Assembly (NCBI RefSeq): GCF_006345805.1
Contig: NC_043003.1
Coordinates: 57,536,001 to 57,600,000 of the forward strand
Direction: 5' to 3'
Length of the DNA stretch: 64,000 nt
Source of the DNA: Octopus sinensis
Lineage: Eukaryota
Shown one piece after another: positions 1 to 12,579 of the stretch. Positions within the stretch are counted from its first letter, which is position 1. Every line of letters begins with the position of its first letter. Both the position numbers and the translations under genes were made by a program. The notes beneath the pieces were generated by a model, which worked only from the letters and a program-made list of their open reading frames with translations, was not told the DNA's origin and made no database searches.

Positions 1-629
1 TCCACACCCTTTCATACTACTCAGCCAATCTCTAGACGTGTGTAATGTAATAAACAAACAGACAAAACAAAAACTAAACAAAAACGAAAGAAAACAGAAA
101 CAAAAATGAAAAGCAAAACCATCAACCTCACTCGTTGCGACCGACACATAATTCACGTACAAATGACCATCTCCGAAATCATTAATTTGTTATCCATGGT
201 TCATTGGTCCGTATTCTCACTCCTACGATCACTGAAAATCACTACTGACAAACACATTAGTTTTCTGTGTTCTTGGTTTTGAAAAAAAAAAAAAAAAAAA
301 AATGGCAGCACGGTCTTGTCTTTCATTCGCCATTTTTTTTTGTCGTTATTTTGTCGCCGCAGCAGCAGCGACATCTACAGCAACAGTATTAGTGTAAGCA
401 AGCATAGTATCATCATCATCATTATCATAGCAACGGTAATAGTAGCGACAAAAACTGCCGAAAAAGCACTAAAAGCAACAATGTCCGCTGCAATAACCAC
501 AATTACATCGACAGTTGTATAGGAAGTTTGCTAGTGGTGGCAGTGTTGATATTGCTGTTGTAGTTGTTATTGTTGCTGCAGTAATAATTACTAGTATGAC
601 AACTGGTGCACTTAGTTCAACATCGAAAC

Positions 630-826
630 AAATTATTTACATTATTTACATTTAACGGATATTTGTCCTCTAACACAACGTTTCGGCTGATATACCCACC
701 AGACTTCATCAGGTGTTTTGGGGAAATTTTTAACCTGGATTCTTATTCCTAAGGTATTTTCAATGTTATTATTATCATTATTATTATTATTATTGTTATT
801 ATTATTATTATTATCATTATTTATTC
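630..826 (-). mobile_element. Copy of (AAT)n + hammerhead-tail repeat (same family as 43184-43637); head replaced by an adjacent SINE
   Basis: Reverse complement reads (AAT)n-gaaaataccttaggaataagaatccagg...aacacCTGATGAagtctggtgggtatatcagccGAAACGTTgtgtt...gaggacaaatatccgttaaatgtaaataatgtaaata, closely matching 43455-43610. Confidence 0.8.
672..717 (-). ncRNA. Minimal type I hammerhead ribozyme motif
   Basis: Stem I aacac/gtgtt, core CUGAUGA plus an extra A, stem II gucug/cagcc (one mismatch), GAAAC-GUU with palindromic short stem III. Confidence 0.7.
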
Positions 827-1052
827 TCTACTCTTTTAATTGTTTCAGTCATTTGACCGTGGCCATGCTGGAGCACCGCCTTTAGTCGAGCAAATAGACC
901 CCAGGTACAGCAGGGATCACCACCCCCTGCCGGAGACTCGTGGAGCTTTAAGGTGTTTTCGCTTAATAAACACACAATGCCCGGTCTGGGAATCGAAACC
1001 GCGATCCTACGACCGCGAGTTCGCTGCCCTAACCACTAGGCCATTGCGCCGC
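826..1052 (-). mobile_element. tRNA-derived SINE, family B head joined to family A 3' tail
   Basis: Minus strand: tggcctagtggttagggcagc...ggtttcgattccc (A/B box), ...gatccctgctgtacc, then ggggtctatttgctcgactaaaggcggtgctccagcatggcc...gactgaaac. Confidence 0.8.
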
Positions 1053-1055
1053 CAC

Positions 1056-1086
1056 GTATATTATATATATATATATATAATATATA

Positions 1087-1139
<53 letters not shown>

Positions 1140-1282
1140 CTATATATACATATATATATATATTACATATACATATATATATATATCCATATATATAATA
1201 TATATATATATATCTACTATATATATATATACATATATATACATATATATATATATACATATTATAATATATATATATAATA

Positions 1283-1323
<41 letters not shown>

Positions 1324-1382
1324 TACATATATATTATATATAATATATAAGATATATATATATATAATATATATATATATAT
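1056..1382. repeat. (TA)n microsatellite, representative of dozens in the window
   Basis: Directly visible; source of the YIYIYI ORFs. Confidence 0.98.
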
Positions 1383-1384
1383 AA

Positions 1385-2410
1385 CGGGAAGCTTTATGAA
1401 AATAAACAAAAGACGAAGGCAGGTGGAAAACAAACGAACAATTGTATTAGTATGGCGCTCAGGAAATATAAATAAAACAAGTCTTTAACGTTTCGAGCCT
1501 ACGCTCTTCAACAGAAAGATACACGAGAGAAAAACACAGAAAGAAGGAGAGAAAAAAAAATGCGTGCAGTAGCTAACGAATCAACATGGCGATCTGATTT
1601 CGGCCAGAGGTCAAAGATCAAACATGAGACGCGAGAGCGAAATAAGGGGAGATAATAGGGTTGATAAACGGGTTGAGGGACCAGCTAAAAGTGCGTGGAG
1701 GGGTGCCTGGATGTGTGTATGTATAGGGTTGGTGTATGTATTAGTATGTATAAGGGTGTGTGTGTGTGTGTGTGTGGTATGAGAGAGTATTAGTGCGTAA
1801 GATGGTCTGGACGTGCGTATGTATGGGGTTGGTGTATGTATTAGTATGTATTAGTATGATTAGTACGTATTGGTATGTATAGGTGGTGTGTGTGTGTGTG
1901 AGAGAGTATAAGTGCGTATGCGGGTCTGGACGTGTGTATGTATTGGGTTGGTGTAAGTATTAGTATGTACTAGTATGTATTAGTACGTATTAGTATGTAT
2001 TAGTTGGTGTGTGTATTAGTATGGCACATCATATGTGATGTGATGTGTAAAGTCATGTGGTGTAGTGAAGAGAAGGGGGGAGGGGGAGAAGAGGGGGAGA
2101 GAAGGGGAGGGGAAGAGAGGCGGAGGAGAAGGGGAAGAGGAGACGATGGAGGAGAAGGAAGGTGAGGAGGGGGATGAGGAGGAAAGAGGGAGAGGGGGAG
2201 AGAGAAGGGAGAGAGGGAGTGAGGGAGCAGAGGGAAGGGGAAGAGGGAGGGAGAAAGAGGGAAGAAGGGAAGGGGAGTAGGGGTGAAAGGATGAAGGACT
2301 TAAGAAGTAGGGGTCGGGGGGAGAAAGGATAGGTGAGGAGGGGGAGAGGGGGGTTAGATGAGGAGGGGGGAGAGTTGAGACCAAATGGCGTATAAGAGCG
2401 AGAGAGAAGA
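1385..2410 (-). mobile_element. Penelope-like terminal or non-autonomous element with CT-rich tract, three internal ~100-120 bp repeats and a hammerhead-like motif
   Basis: The 3' part matches 14960-15185. Internal units start ctgga(c/t)gtg at 1707, 1807 and 1926. The pyrimidine tract followed by a hammerhead-like motif resembles PLE pseudo-LTRs. Confidence 0.55.
1482..1519 (-). ncRNA. Hammerhead-like motif with non-canonical core (CUGUUGA)
   Basis: RC: ucuuu CUGUUGA a gagc guag gcuc GAAAC GUU aaaga; perfect 5-bp stem I and 4-bp stem II. Confidence 0.55.
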
Positions 2411-2442
2411 ATAATTCCTGTTCACGGCATACATATATATAT

Positions 2443-2488
<46 letters not shown>

Positions 2489-2551
2489 ATATATAAATAG
2501 AATATTAAAATTACTAAGTCTCTCTAAAGGAGATTACGGCAGCGTTACTGG

Positions 2552-2635
2552 AAATTAATAGTTATCGTCATACTAATATGGCAGTCTTACAAATTTATAA
2601 GACTGCCATATTAGTATGGCGATAACTATTAATTT
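2552..2635. repeat. Near-perfect 38-bp-arm inverted repeat (palindromic MITE core)
   Basis: aaattaatagttatcgtcatactaatatggcagtctta / loop caaattta / taagactgccatattagtatggcgataactattaattt; a single G-T pair. Confidence 0.9.
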
Positions 2636-2993
2636 ATATATATGTATATATATATATATTACATATATATGTGTGTTGGTGGTGTGTCGCTAGTAGTTCA
2701 CACACATCGGTGGCGTGAGGAAACTTGTGGTCAGGAAGCGATTGAAAAAATAATACAAAAGTCAAAGAATCTAATGTAAATGATGGTGGTGGTGGTGGTG
2801 GAGTATTTGGACTGAACGGCCTTAAGGCGTGTGGAGACCTTTGGAGACTGGCTGTGGCAGTCAAGCGTGAGGGTGTGGTCAAGAATTTGGTGGGTGGTGG
2901 GTGATTCCTGTCTTTAGGCTTGATGGCTGCTTGCACCGACACACACAGAGACATACACACATAGTTATATATGCCTACATATGTACGTGCCCT

Positions 2994-3024
<31 letters not shown>

Positions 3025-3335
3025 GTAAACAGTAAAAAATAATTACAGACATGGACAAGAACATGAAACACCACAGAGACGACACAAGAACCACAGGACG
3101 GGACATTCGAAGCCCTCAGTCATCAGTCAAGAACCAGATCATCTTAGCAATTTCGGCTGATTAATATATATATACATACATATTATATATATATATATAT
3201 ATATATATAATATCTATATATATATATATTATATATATAATGTATATACATATGCATACACACACACACACACACCACAACCACACACGCATATATATGT
3301 AGGCGCAGACAGAAACTGAAGAATCTCGTCGTATG

Positions 3336-3377
<42 letters not shown>

Positions 3378-4175
3378 ATGTGTGTGTGTGTATGTATATA
3401 TACACATCTATGAGTGTGTGTATTTGTGTCTATGTTTGTCCCACCCCCACTGCTTGCTTTTACGTCCCGGTGACATAGCGGTTCAGCCAATGATACCGAT
3501 AGAATAAGTACTGGCCTTTTTAAGAGTCAGTACTAGGGGTCGACACACCTGACTGAAAAAAATTCTTCAAGGCGGTAACCGAGCATGGTCATGGCCTAAT
3601 GACTAAAACAAGTGAAAAGTAAATGAGATATATATACACATACATACATACATACATACATAAATACGTACATACAAATAAACATATACACAGAACTACA
3701 CTCTCATACACTCGTACATAATGTAAATACACAAACAAATGTCTAACACCAATTACAGGCTATCAAACATGTCTGCACTTTTCGAGAAACAACCTGTGTA
3801 CGAGAAAATCAGTGAATATTTGTAATATTTCAGACATGTGTGTGTGAAAAAAAACCATGTCGCTACGCTATATATATAGTCATGTGTTCTTTTGTCCAAC
3901 AGCAAAACATGCAGAAAATTCACACGGAACAAACACCAGGCAACAAAAGTTAAACCTATGAACCGCACACAAAATGGCCAGGGTCAAATTTTTTCCCATC
4001 GTCTGCTCGATGAATTGTGCCGTTTATGGACTTTCATGAGGATTTTTATTTTCTGTGTTTCAGAAATATAGTTAAGTTTCTCATACAAACGCACCAGACA
4101 GACAGACAGCCAAACAAGTTCAAGCATACATCTGCCAATAGATAGATAGATAGACAGTGAGACACACGGACACGC

Positions 4176-4254
<79 letters not shown>

Positions 4255-4757
4255 CAGAATAAGAAACAGACAGATAGGCAGACAATCAGGGAGAAACATA
4301 GATAGATAGATTAGATATATAGATAGATAAATAGATGGATAGTCAAACGGATAGATAGATAGATATGCGTTTGTCTGCATATAAGTAAATATACGTACAC
4401 TCATTCAAACAGTGAAGCTAATACATAGGCATACACATACACACTGTATGTATGTGTGTGTTTATGTTTGTCCATGTGTGTGTTTATATAAACATACACA
4501 TATACACGCGCATATATATATGCTGTATATTTATATATATATATAATCAACTAATAAGGGTGAGAAATTTTTATACTAATTTAATAGTACATCCATTTAA
4601 CACCTAGTGACTTAGTGCATATAAAACCCGGATATATATATATCTATATATGTATATATATATATAATTTTAATCCAAACGGGAAAACAAAAAAACAACA
4701 ACAATGGAACAATTACAGTATTATTATTAATAGGCGCTCAGGAAATGGAAGCAGGAG

Positions 4758-4798
<41 letters not shown>

Positions 4799-4845
4799 TA
4801 TTATATATATATATATATATGTATATACTATATATATGGTATATA

Positions 4846-5181
4846 TGACCATCTTCGGTCATGACTGACCGTGGGATTGCACCCGGAAAGTTATCCCGCC
4901 CCAGGCACAAGTCTGGGCAAGGTTGTTTATGGAAGACCAGCAGTCGCCCATGCATACCGGCCACCCCTCTCCACGCCACCAGTGTTATCCAAGGGAAAGG
5001 CAGCAGCCGATACAGCTTGGCACCTGTGACGTCGCAACTCACTCCTACAGCTGAGTGAACTGGAGCAACGTGAAATAAAGTGTCTTGCTCAAGAGCACAA
5101 TAGACAGCCCGGTCCGGGATTCGAACTCACAACCTCACGATCATAAGCGCGACGCTCTAACCACTGAACCATGCGCCTTCA
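4846..5181 (-). mobile_element. tRNA-derived SINE family C
   Basis: RC has tggttcagtggttagagcgtc...gagttcgaatccc head and cttgagcaagacactttatttcacgttgctccagttcactcagctg body; homologous to 18841-19200. Confidence 0.85.
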
Positions 5182-5327
5182 TACACACACTCACACATAT
5201 GTAATTTGAATGAACGTATATATAGGTATGTATTTATGTACGCATTTAAATGCGTGCGTATGAATAATTATATACACGCACATGCATACATATATATTTT
5301 GCCAGTGTGTGTGTGTGTGTATGCGTG

Positions 5328-5358
<31 letters not shown>

Positions 5359-5809
5359 GATGTGTTTGTGTTTGTGTGTGTCTGTGGATGTATTTGTGTG
5401 TGTGTGTAGGTGTGAGTGTCTATAACATTTTAAAGCGAACAAAAATTTGCTTCAATGAAACAGACTGTATTAATAATACAGACATATTAGTGAACTCGAC
5501 TTTGTTGCCGTTCTATATACACTAGTAGCCGTATGCGGTTATTCACTAAGCTTATTATATCTAATTATAAATTCAATAATAAAGAAGTTAGTTAAGCAAT
5601 ACAGTAATATAATTACCTGATTAATGCTTTATTAAAATGAATAGAGTATGTATTAAATCTAATTAAAAGAAATATTCTATAGACTTTGAATATGCGTATA
5701 TAAATGTGTGTGATTGTATACGTAAGTATGATTGCATAAACATACACACGCATGTGCGTGCGAGCACACACACACACACGCGCGCGAAGATATACACACA
5801 CAAACACGT

Positions 5810-5847
<38 letters not shown>

Positions 5848-6228
5848 CACCCACATTCCAGACATATACAGAGACACAAGCATAAACTCATATATGTAGA
5901 TGTCAAGGTACATGTGTAGTATAGTGTGTATGTATGTGTGTATGCGCATATATGTATATATATATATATATTATATATATATATATATATTATATATTGT
6001 GTGTGTGTGTGTGTGTGTTTGTATATATATAATGAGATTATTTTATTTCTTTATCTTACTGGTTTCAGTCATTTGACTGCGGCCATGATGGAGCACCGCC
6101 TTTAGCCGAATATATCGACCCAAGGACTTATTGTTTATAAACTTAGTACTTGTTCCGTCGGTGTATTTCTTTGTAAAGAAAAAGACACACACACACACAC
6201 ACCTCTTCATCCTGTTTTGTTTCAATCA

Positions 6229-6303
<75 letters not shown>

Positions 6304-6342
6304 TATCTGTCTATCTATCTATCTAATCTATCTCTCTGTATG

Positions 6343-6386
<44 letters not shown>

Positions 6387-6452
6387 CTATCTATCTATCT
6401 ATATCTTACACACAAACACGCCGACGCAGACACACGCTCATACACACATACC

Positions 6453-6546
<94 letters not shown>

Positions 6547-6925
6547 CATACATACATACATACAAACATCATACATACATACATAAGGTTTTTGGGCTAA
6601 TTTTGAAAGAAAATCAGCACCTGTATTTGCCCCCGAAAAAACCGCGCGTGCGCGGTGGATTTTGAAAAGTTATAACATATAAACATGAGACATGTTCTTT
6701 ATCGCCTCGTCTTTATATGTTAATCTTGGCTTCCTGCTGACGAGATCTTCGCCAATTGTAAATTATTTTATTTACAAAAGATTGAATGAAACTATGTATA
6801 GTCCAGGAAAAATAGAGTAAATATTATCATTTGTCATTCCCTTTCAAAATTACAACTATTAGTTGTTTGTAGTTTAACCACTCTTTCTAGGGAATCAGAT
6901 GTCCTGTTAAGGCCATTTCTTATGT

Positions 6926-6965
<40 letters not shown>

Positions 6966-6971
6966 GTGCAG

Positions 6972-7405
6972 GTAGTGGGTAGCGATTTTCTTCACTACTT
7001 CAGGAAGTGACGGCCCTGCCTGACACGAGTTCCGGGCTCAGCTGGCTTCAGCTGACAGTACCCGTTATAGGTCCGTATCCAGGGTTACGGAAAGGAAACA
7101 ACCTTCAAAGAAATCCGGATCGGGGCCCCATAGGCGGTTTTGTATTCGACTCGACACTCTTCTGGCAGCTCCTGCAACCAAACTGGTGCCAAACGCAATG
7201 CTCTGTACTCCTTTGGACTACGTCAGCAAAGTCAAGAGAGGAATCCTGACGATTGGGCTACCCAGGATTTTCTTACATCTAGCCCAGGCCTGCGCAAAAC
7301 TGGAGAGGAAACGAGTGGACATGAAATTTAAAAACCAGACTGGATTAGTTTATGCGCAACTCCACTGTCTCCCGAGACCAAAGGATGCCAATAACAATAT
7401 GGAAG
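6972..7405 (+). mobile_element. Non-autonomous LINE-derived element, probably RTE-related; 5' part repeated at 58870-59018
   Basis: The first ~150 bp align to 58870-59018. A segment tggtgccaaac...ccttTgga...gagagg resembles the SINE C body. RTE assignment is from recollection of RTE UTR sequences. Confidence 0.5.
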
Positions 7406-7453
7406 TATGGATATATGTAGGATAGATTGATAGATAGATAGATAGATAGGTAG

Positions 7454-7545
<92 letters not shown>

Positions 7546-8404
7546 AATATGTATGTAGGTAGATACACCCCCACCACGCTAACTTGGTTTCAAGAGACGT
7601 AAATCTCATTAGAAGCAGACGTAAGTCCGAAGATTTGAAATGTTATTGCAGTCGTAAGATTTGTGTCGGGAAGTAAGTGTATTTAGACCAATACGATTGT
7701 TAGAAAACAAGTTTATATAAATTAGCAAGCTCCCGTCCTCTCGTGTGCCACCCTTGTATGAAATTAAATGAATCAACAGCAGGAGAGGCGGCACCGGCGC
7801 CGTTGGTGATTTGGTACAATCGTTAGCACGTCGGACAAAATGCTTTGCAGCATTTCTTCCGACTTTACGTTTTGATTTCAAAACCTACCGAGGTCGGTAC
7901 TGCGTTTCATTCTTTTCTGGTCGATAAAATAAGTACTTGCTCAGCCCTTGAGTCGATGTAACCGACTTAAACTCTTTTAACAAATTTTCAGACCTGCGCC
8001 AAAATTTTAAATCATCATCATCATATCATCATCATCATCATCACCCATGTTTCTACCCATGTTTCCAAAACACCCATGTTTCCAAAGGTGAATTATCCAA
8101 ACCTCCACGAATTGCTTTCAACACATGGCTATGATGCTCCTCCATTACTTCCGCTCGTGGTCAGAGATGCAGATATTATCAGCCACTAAGGAACATGCTC
8201 AATTGGTTAAGGTCAAGCAACTGAGAAGCAAATCTGTGGTATTGAGCAGAATATTTGCTGTAGCCCATCAATTATACCAAGCAAACCAATGTACATGATA
8301 ACACTTCCAATCAGTTAAGATCAGAAGCCATGAGAGCCACTGCCTGGTACAACATCAGGGCATCTGTCTGCTACTGCATCAGGGCATTTATTATTATTAT
8401 TATA

Positions 8405-8475
<71 letters not shown>

Positions 8476-8658
8476 TTTGAAGGCGCGTGGATTAGTGTTG
8501 CCCTCACGATCGCTAGATCGTAGGTTGGATTCCTGGAGCGAGCGGCGTGTTGTGTTCTTGAGCAAAACACTTCATTTCACGTTGCTGTGGGAAAGTGGAA
8601 AAATCGTTGGCACATCGACAGAGATGCTTTGCAGTATATCTGCCGGCTTTCTACATTC

Positions 8659-8725
8659 TGAGATCAGATCTCATTTGCCTAGTGAAGGCAAATGAGATCA
8701 GATCTCATTTGCCTAGTGAAGGCAA
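8659..8725. repeat. 34-bp tandem duplication built from nested palindromes
   Basis: tgagatcagatctcatttgcctagtgaaggcaa(a) x2; contains gatctcatttgcc/ggcaaatgagatc, a 13-bp hairpin. Confidence 0.9.
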
Positions 8726-9687
8726 CGGGAAACCATTCCAGTTTTCATCCCATGTGTAATCATTGTAGCCGACGTTCCAGTAATCTATTTAACAGCAGCA
8801 GAGAAGGGGTGCGGAGCCTCCCATGTCATATGGGGAGTACTGGTAGGGGTTCGCATGCTTAGGACCTACCCAACGACGGACTACCACTAGACTTAAGTTT
8901 GCATGTATGCACACATACACAAACAGACAGACACACACATACAGCATTCTACATATCTTAATTACCGTGGGTACACAGTACAAAGTCACATAACTGTGGT
9001 ATTCATCTCGAGAAAGCATCTTGTATAGACGTATAATGCAAAAAAAAAAAAAAAAAATTCAGAGTAATATTTGCAGCAAACGAAAATCGTCCAGGAGCGG
9101 CGGTGGAATTGCTAACATAGGATTGCCACGTTGTTGCACGTCATCAGTGGCAAGCATTCCAGAGAAGCTGCATTCTTAGAGAAATTCAATTGATTTTGAC
9201 CTGCTACCGTTATTCATCTGGCCGTTTTAGCAATACACGTCTATACGAGATGTTTTCTCAAGAAGAATAATGCAGTTTTAGGGCCTTCTATACAGTATAT
9301 CTATGTAAGATATACAGAACGTCGTTTTAAAATAACACTGCATCCGTCGTTAATAATGAATATACAGGCCACTGATATTAAATGATGTGTTAGTCATTTG
9401 CAGTATGTAAAGCAGGAGCTCCAGTTTTCTGTAGCTACTAGATTTGTTGAGTATATAAACAGAATGATTGCTTATTTCTCTAGGATTGGTCAAAGTGATG
9501 TAAACATCACTGATGAGAGCTCAATAAGGTGCAAAAATCGCTTAAAGATGCTTATAATTTTTTATCAATTTACGAAGTTGTTAAATTTACCCTGTTTATA
9601 TATTTACTACTACTACTACTACTACTACTACTATATACATTTGTGTATGTGTGTTTGCATGTGTCTGTATGTGTAAACAAGTTAGAT

Positions 9688-10014
9688 CAGGGGTTCCCAA
9701 ACATTTTTTACATATAGACCCCTTCGATTATGATTTTTTTCTGGTGGACCCCCATAGCTGGTCATGTTTAAAAATTAGTTTTATAGAATCAGCTTCCTAA
9801 ATCCCTGTTTTGTATTTCACACATCAACTTGTGTGGGTTGGATGTTAGAGAAAGAAACCTAGATGTTTCTATCAATACATACATCTAAAGCAAAATTTTT
9901 TCAGGGGCCCTTGAAATACTATGTGGGTCCCCAATTTACTATTTTGTTGCGTGGACCCCACAAAATCTTATATGGACCCTCAGGGGCTTTATGGACCACG
10001 GTTGAGAACCACTG
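9688..10014 (+). mobile_element. hAT (Charlie/Buster-type) MITE with 8-bp TSD
   Basis: Imperfect TIRs caggggttcccaaac / ggttgagaaccactg. TSD agttagat at 9680-9687 and 10015-10022 with central TA. Confidence 0.9.
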
Positions 10015-10050
10015 AGTTAGATGGATGGATATTAAAAAGAAATTGGGCAT

Positions 10051-10441
10051 AGGAGCAGGAGTGACTTTGTGGTAAGAAGCTTGTTTACCAACCACACGGT
10101 TCCGGGTTCAGTCCCACAGCATGGCACTTTGGTATACAGACAGACAATCTTCTACTATAGCCTCGGACCGACCAAAGCACTGTGAGTGGATTTGGTAGAC
10201 GGAAACTGAAAGCCCGTTGTATATGTAGATGTTTGTGTGTCTGTGTTCCCTCCGCCCTCCTACCATCGGTTGAAAACGATTTAGGTGTGTTTAGGTCCCC
10301 GTAACTTAGCGGTTCTGGAAAAATTACCGATAGAATAAGTACTAGGCTTACAAAGAATAAGTTCTGGGGTCGATTTGTTCGACTAAAGGTGGTGATCCAG
10401 CATGGCCGCAGTCACTATCATTGAAACAAATAAAATGATAA
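10051..10441 (+). mobile_element. SINE family A
   Basis: aggagcaggagtgactttgtggtaagaagc...ggttccgggttcagtcccac...ggtagacggaaactgaaag...gactgcagtc-type tail. Confidence 0.85.
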
Positions 10442-10765
10442 AAGAATTGGTTTGCTCAAAGAGTGCCGACTTTGGGCTTAAGCAGCAACGGCATCAAACA
10501 ACAACGCTGGTAGATTTTTCGGACTCTGCCAAACTTCGACCCCACAAATCAAATATGGGAGTATGCGAAAGCGTGAGAAGTGAAACTCTGAAACTGCGCC
10601 TCTTTCTTCTTTACTTTGATATTGTTTTTTTCTTTTCTTTTTCGGGGTGTTTCAGTGATGTCTGGATTTGATTGTGCCAGATTCCTGACAAAGATACCCC
10701 ATCCTAGTCCTCCAAGCCGCGTCCGTTTTTTTTTTTTTAAATTAGATACAGGAATGCGATGGTAA

Positions 10766-10812
<47 letters not shown>

Positions 10813-12501
10813 TATTAATATATAATATAGATATATATATATATTATATATATATTATATGTATCATACTTCATACACAACAAACACATCTCCATACACA
10901 TATACAACATATATGTGACACTTTATACTATACATTGCTGTTAAGTGAAACAAATGTAAATAGAAGTGTATTAGCATGCGCTTTAGAAAGACAAAAAAAA
11001 ACTAAACTCTTCCACAATTGTGTGTGTGTCTGTGTGTAAATGGGTGTGTCAATATATGCATATATATATGTGTGTGTTTGTGAGTGTGCTTACTTACATA
11101 CATATATGTATATACGTACATATGTACATGCATACATATACATGTATGTATGTATATATGGGTGTGTGTGTAAGCGTGTGCGTGTGTATGTTTGTGTGTG
11201 TGTGTGTGTGGACACACACATGTACTGGCAGGACACTTGTTGTTGCCTCAAGAAACAGACGACTCAGTTAGTGGTGAATTTCTTAAAGAAAATAAAGAAA
11301 AAAACTATTACGTTTACTCTGCATTAATATATTATTTGAAACACAATGTTGAGATTGTTTGTAACTGATATAGCCAGTAAAAAAAGAAACAACCAAAAAA
11401 ACCTCTTATTTCTTGCAGACCATCGGCGAAATGTCCTCAGCAATGGGTTGCACAGTATTCAGTTTTTTAGCTTTAGTGAGCATTGCCGTAAAAAATGTCG
11501 TTACTTCCTACTGATGAACACCTAACATAGAGCTTTTTATGAGGGAAGCAGGGCTTTTCCAGCTGTTGTTGGTATACCTTTGATATCAAACTTTGGATTA
11601 GTAGCAGAACATCTTAAAGCTTGACCGAAAAGGTGTCATGGCATTTCTTGAACAGAAATGGCACATCGGTAAGAATGAATCTCGTTTACTCTTTTACTTG
11701 TTTCAGTCATCGACCCCAGGACTTGAGGTTTGATAGATTCATTACGACCCGAGTGATGTTATCTGAAATCTAGAATTCTATATCCCGATCTTTAGGAAAA
11801 AATTTCTTCTTTGTCGAGCGGCCTGAAATATTCTACGTTCACCAGTCTACTCATCCTTTCGGTGCAATTTATTCTTTACGTGACAGGAACTGTCAGTAGT
11901 AAAGCGTGCACCGTTGTACATTTTGGTGTGTCCTTGCTGCCTCTGTTTCTTTAATTTTACGTGATTGGCAATAAAACTCTGAGAATTTTGCATATTTCTT
12001 CTTTTTAAAATATTTATTTATTCTGCTAATTTTCTGAACCGACTGACCGAGCGATACTTCAAAAAACTTAGCAAATATTTGAACGTAATGACAAAGATGA
12101 GAGACTGCGTTGTGTCTGTCTAAAAAAACAACAAAACAAAAACAAAAAAAAATAATAAAAAATAGCGGCAACGATAAAGGAGAGAGAAAAGAAGAGTGAC
12201 AATGAGAAATTATACATATATATATATATTATATATATATATATATATATATTAGATATATATATATATCTATATATATCGTCTGTGTGTGTATTTATGT
12301 ATGTATGTATGTATGTATGTATGTATGTATGTATGTATGTATGTATGTATGTACGTATGTATGTATGTGTATGCATGTATATATATATATATGTTTATAT
12401 ATATATATATTATGTATATATATATACATACACAAACATTCACAGAAAGAGAGAGAAAGAGAAAGAAAGAGACTGGAAGCAAGAGAGCGGGAGAAAGAGA
12501 G

Positions 12502-12579
<78 letters not shown>

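Noticed and set aside
9500-9560. ctgatgagagctcaataaggtgcaaaaa hammerhead-like text (also 3095-3130 on the minus strand)
   Set aside because: No GAAA after a closed stem II.
11420-11470. PSAKCPQQWVAQYS, resembling a C-type lectin start
   Set aside because: Immediate stop codon and no further lectin motifs.
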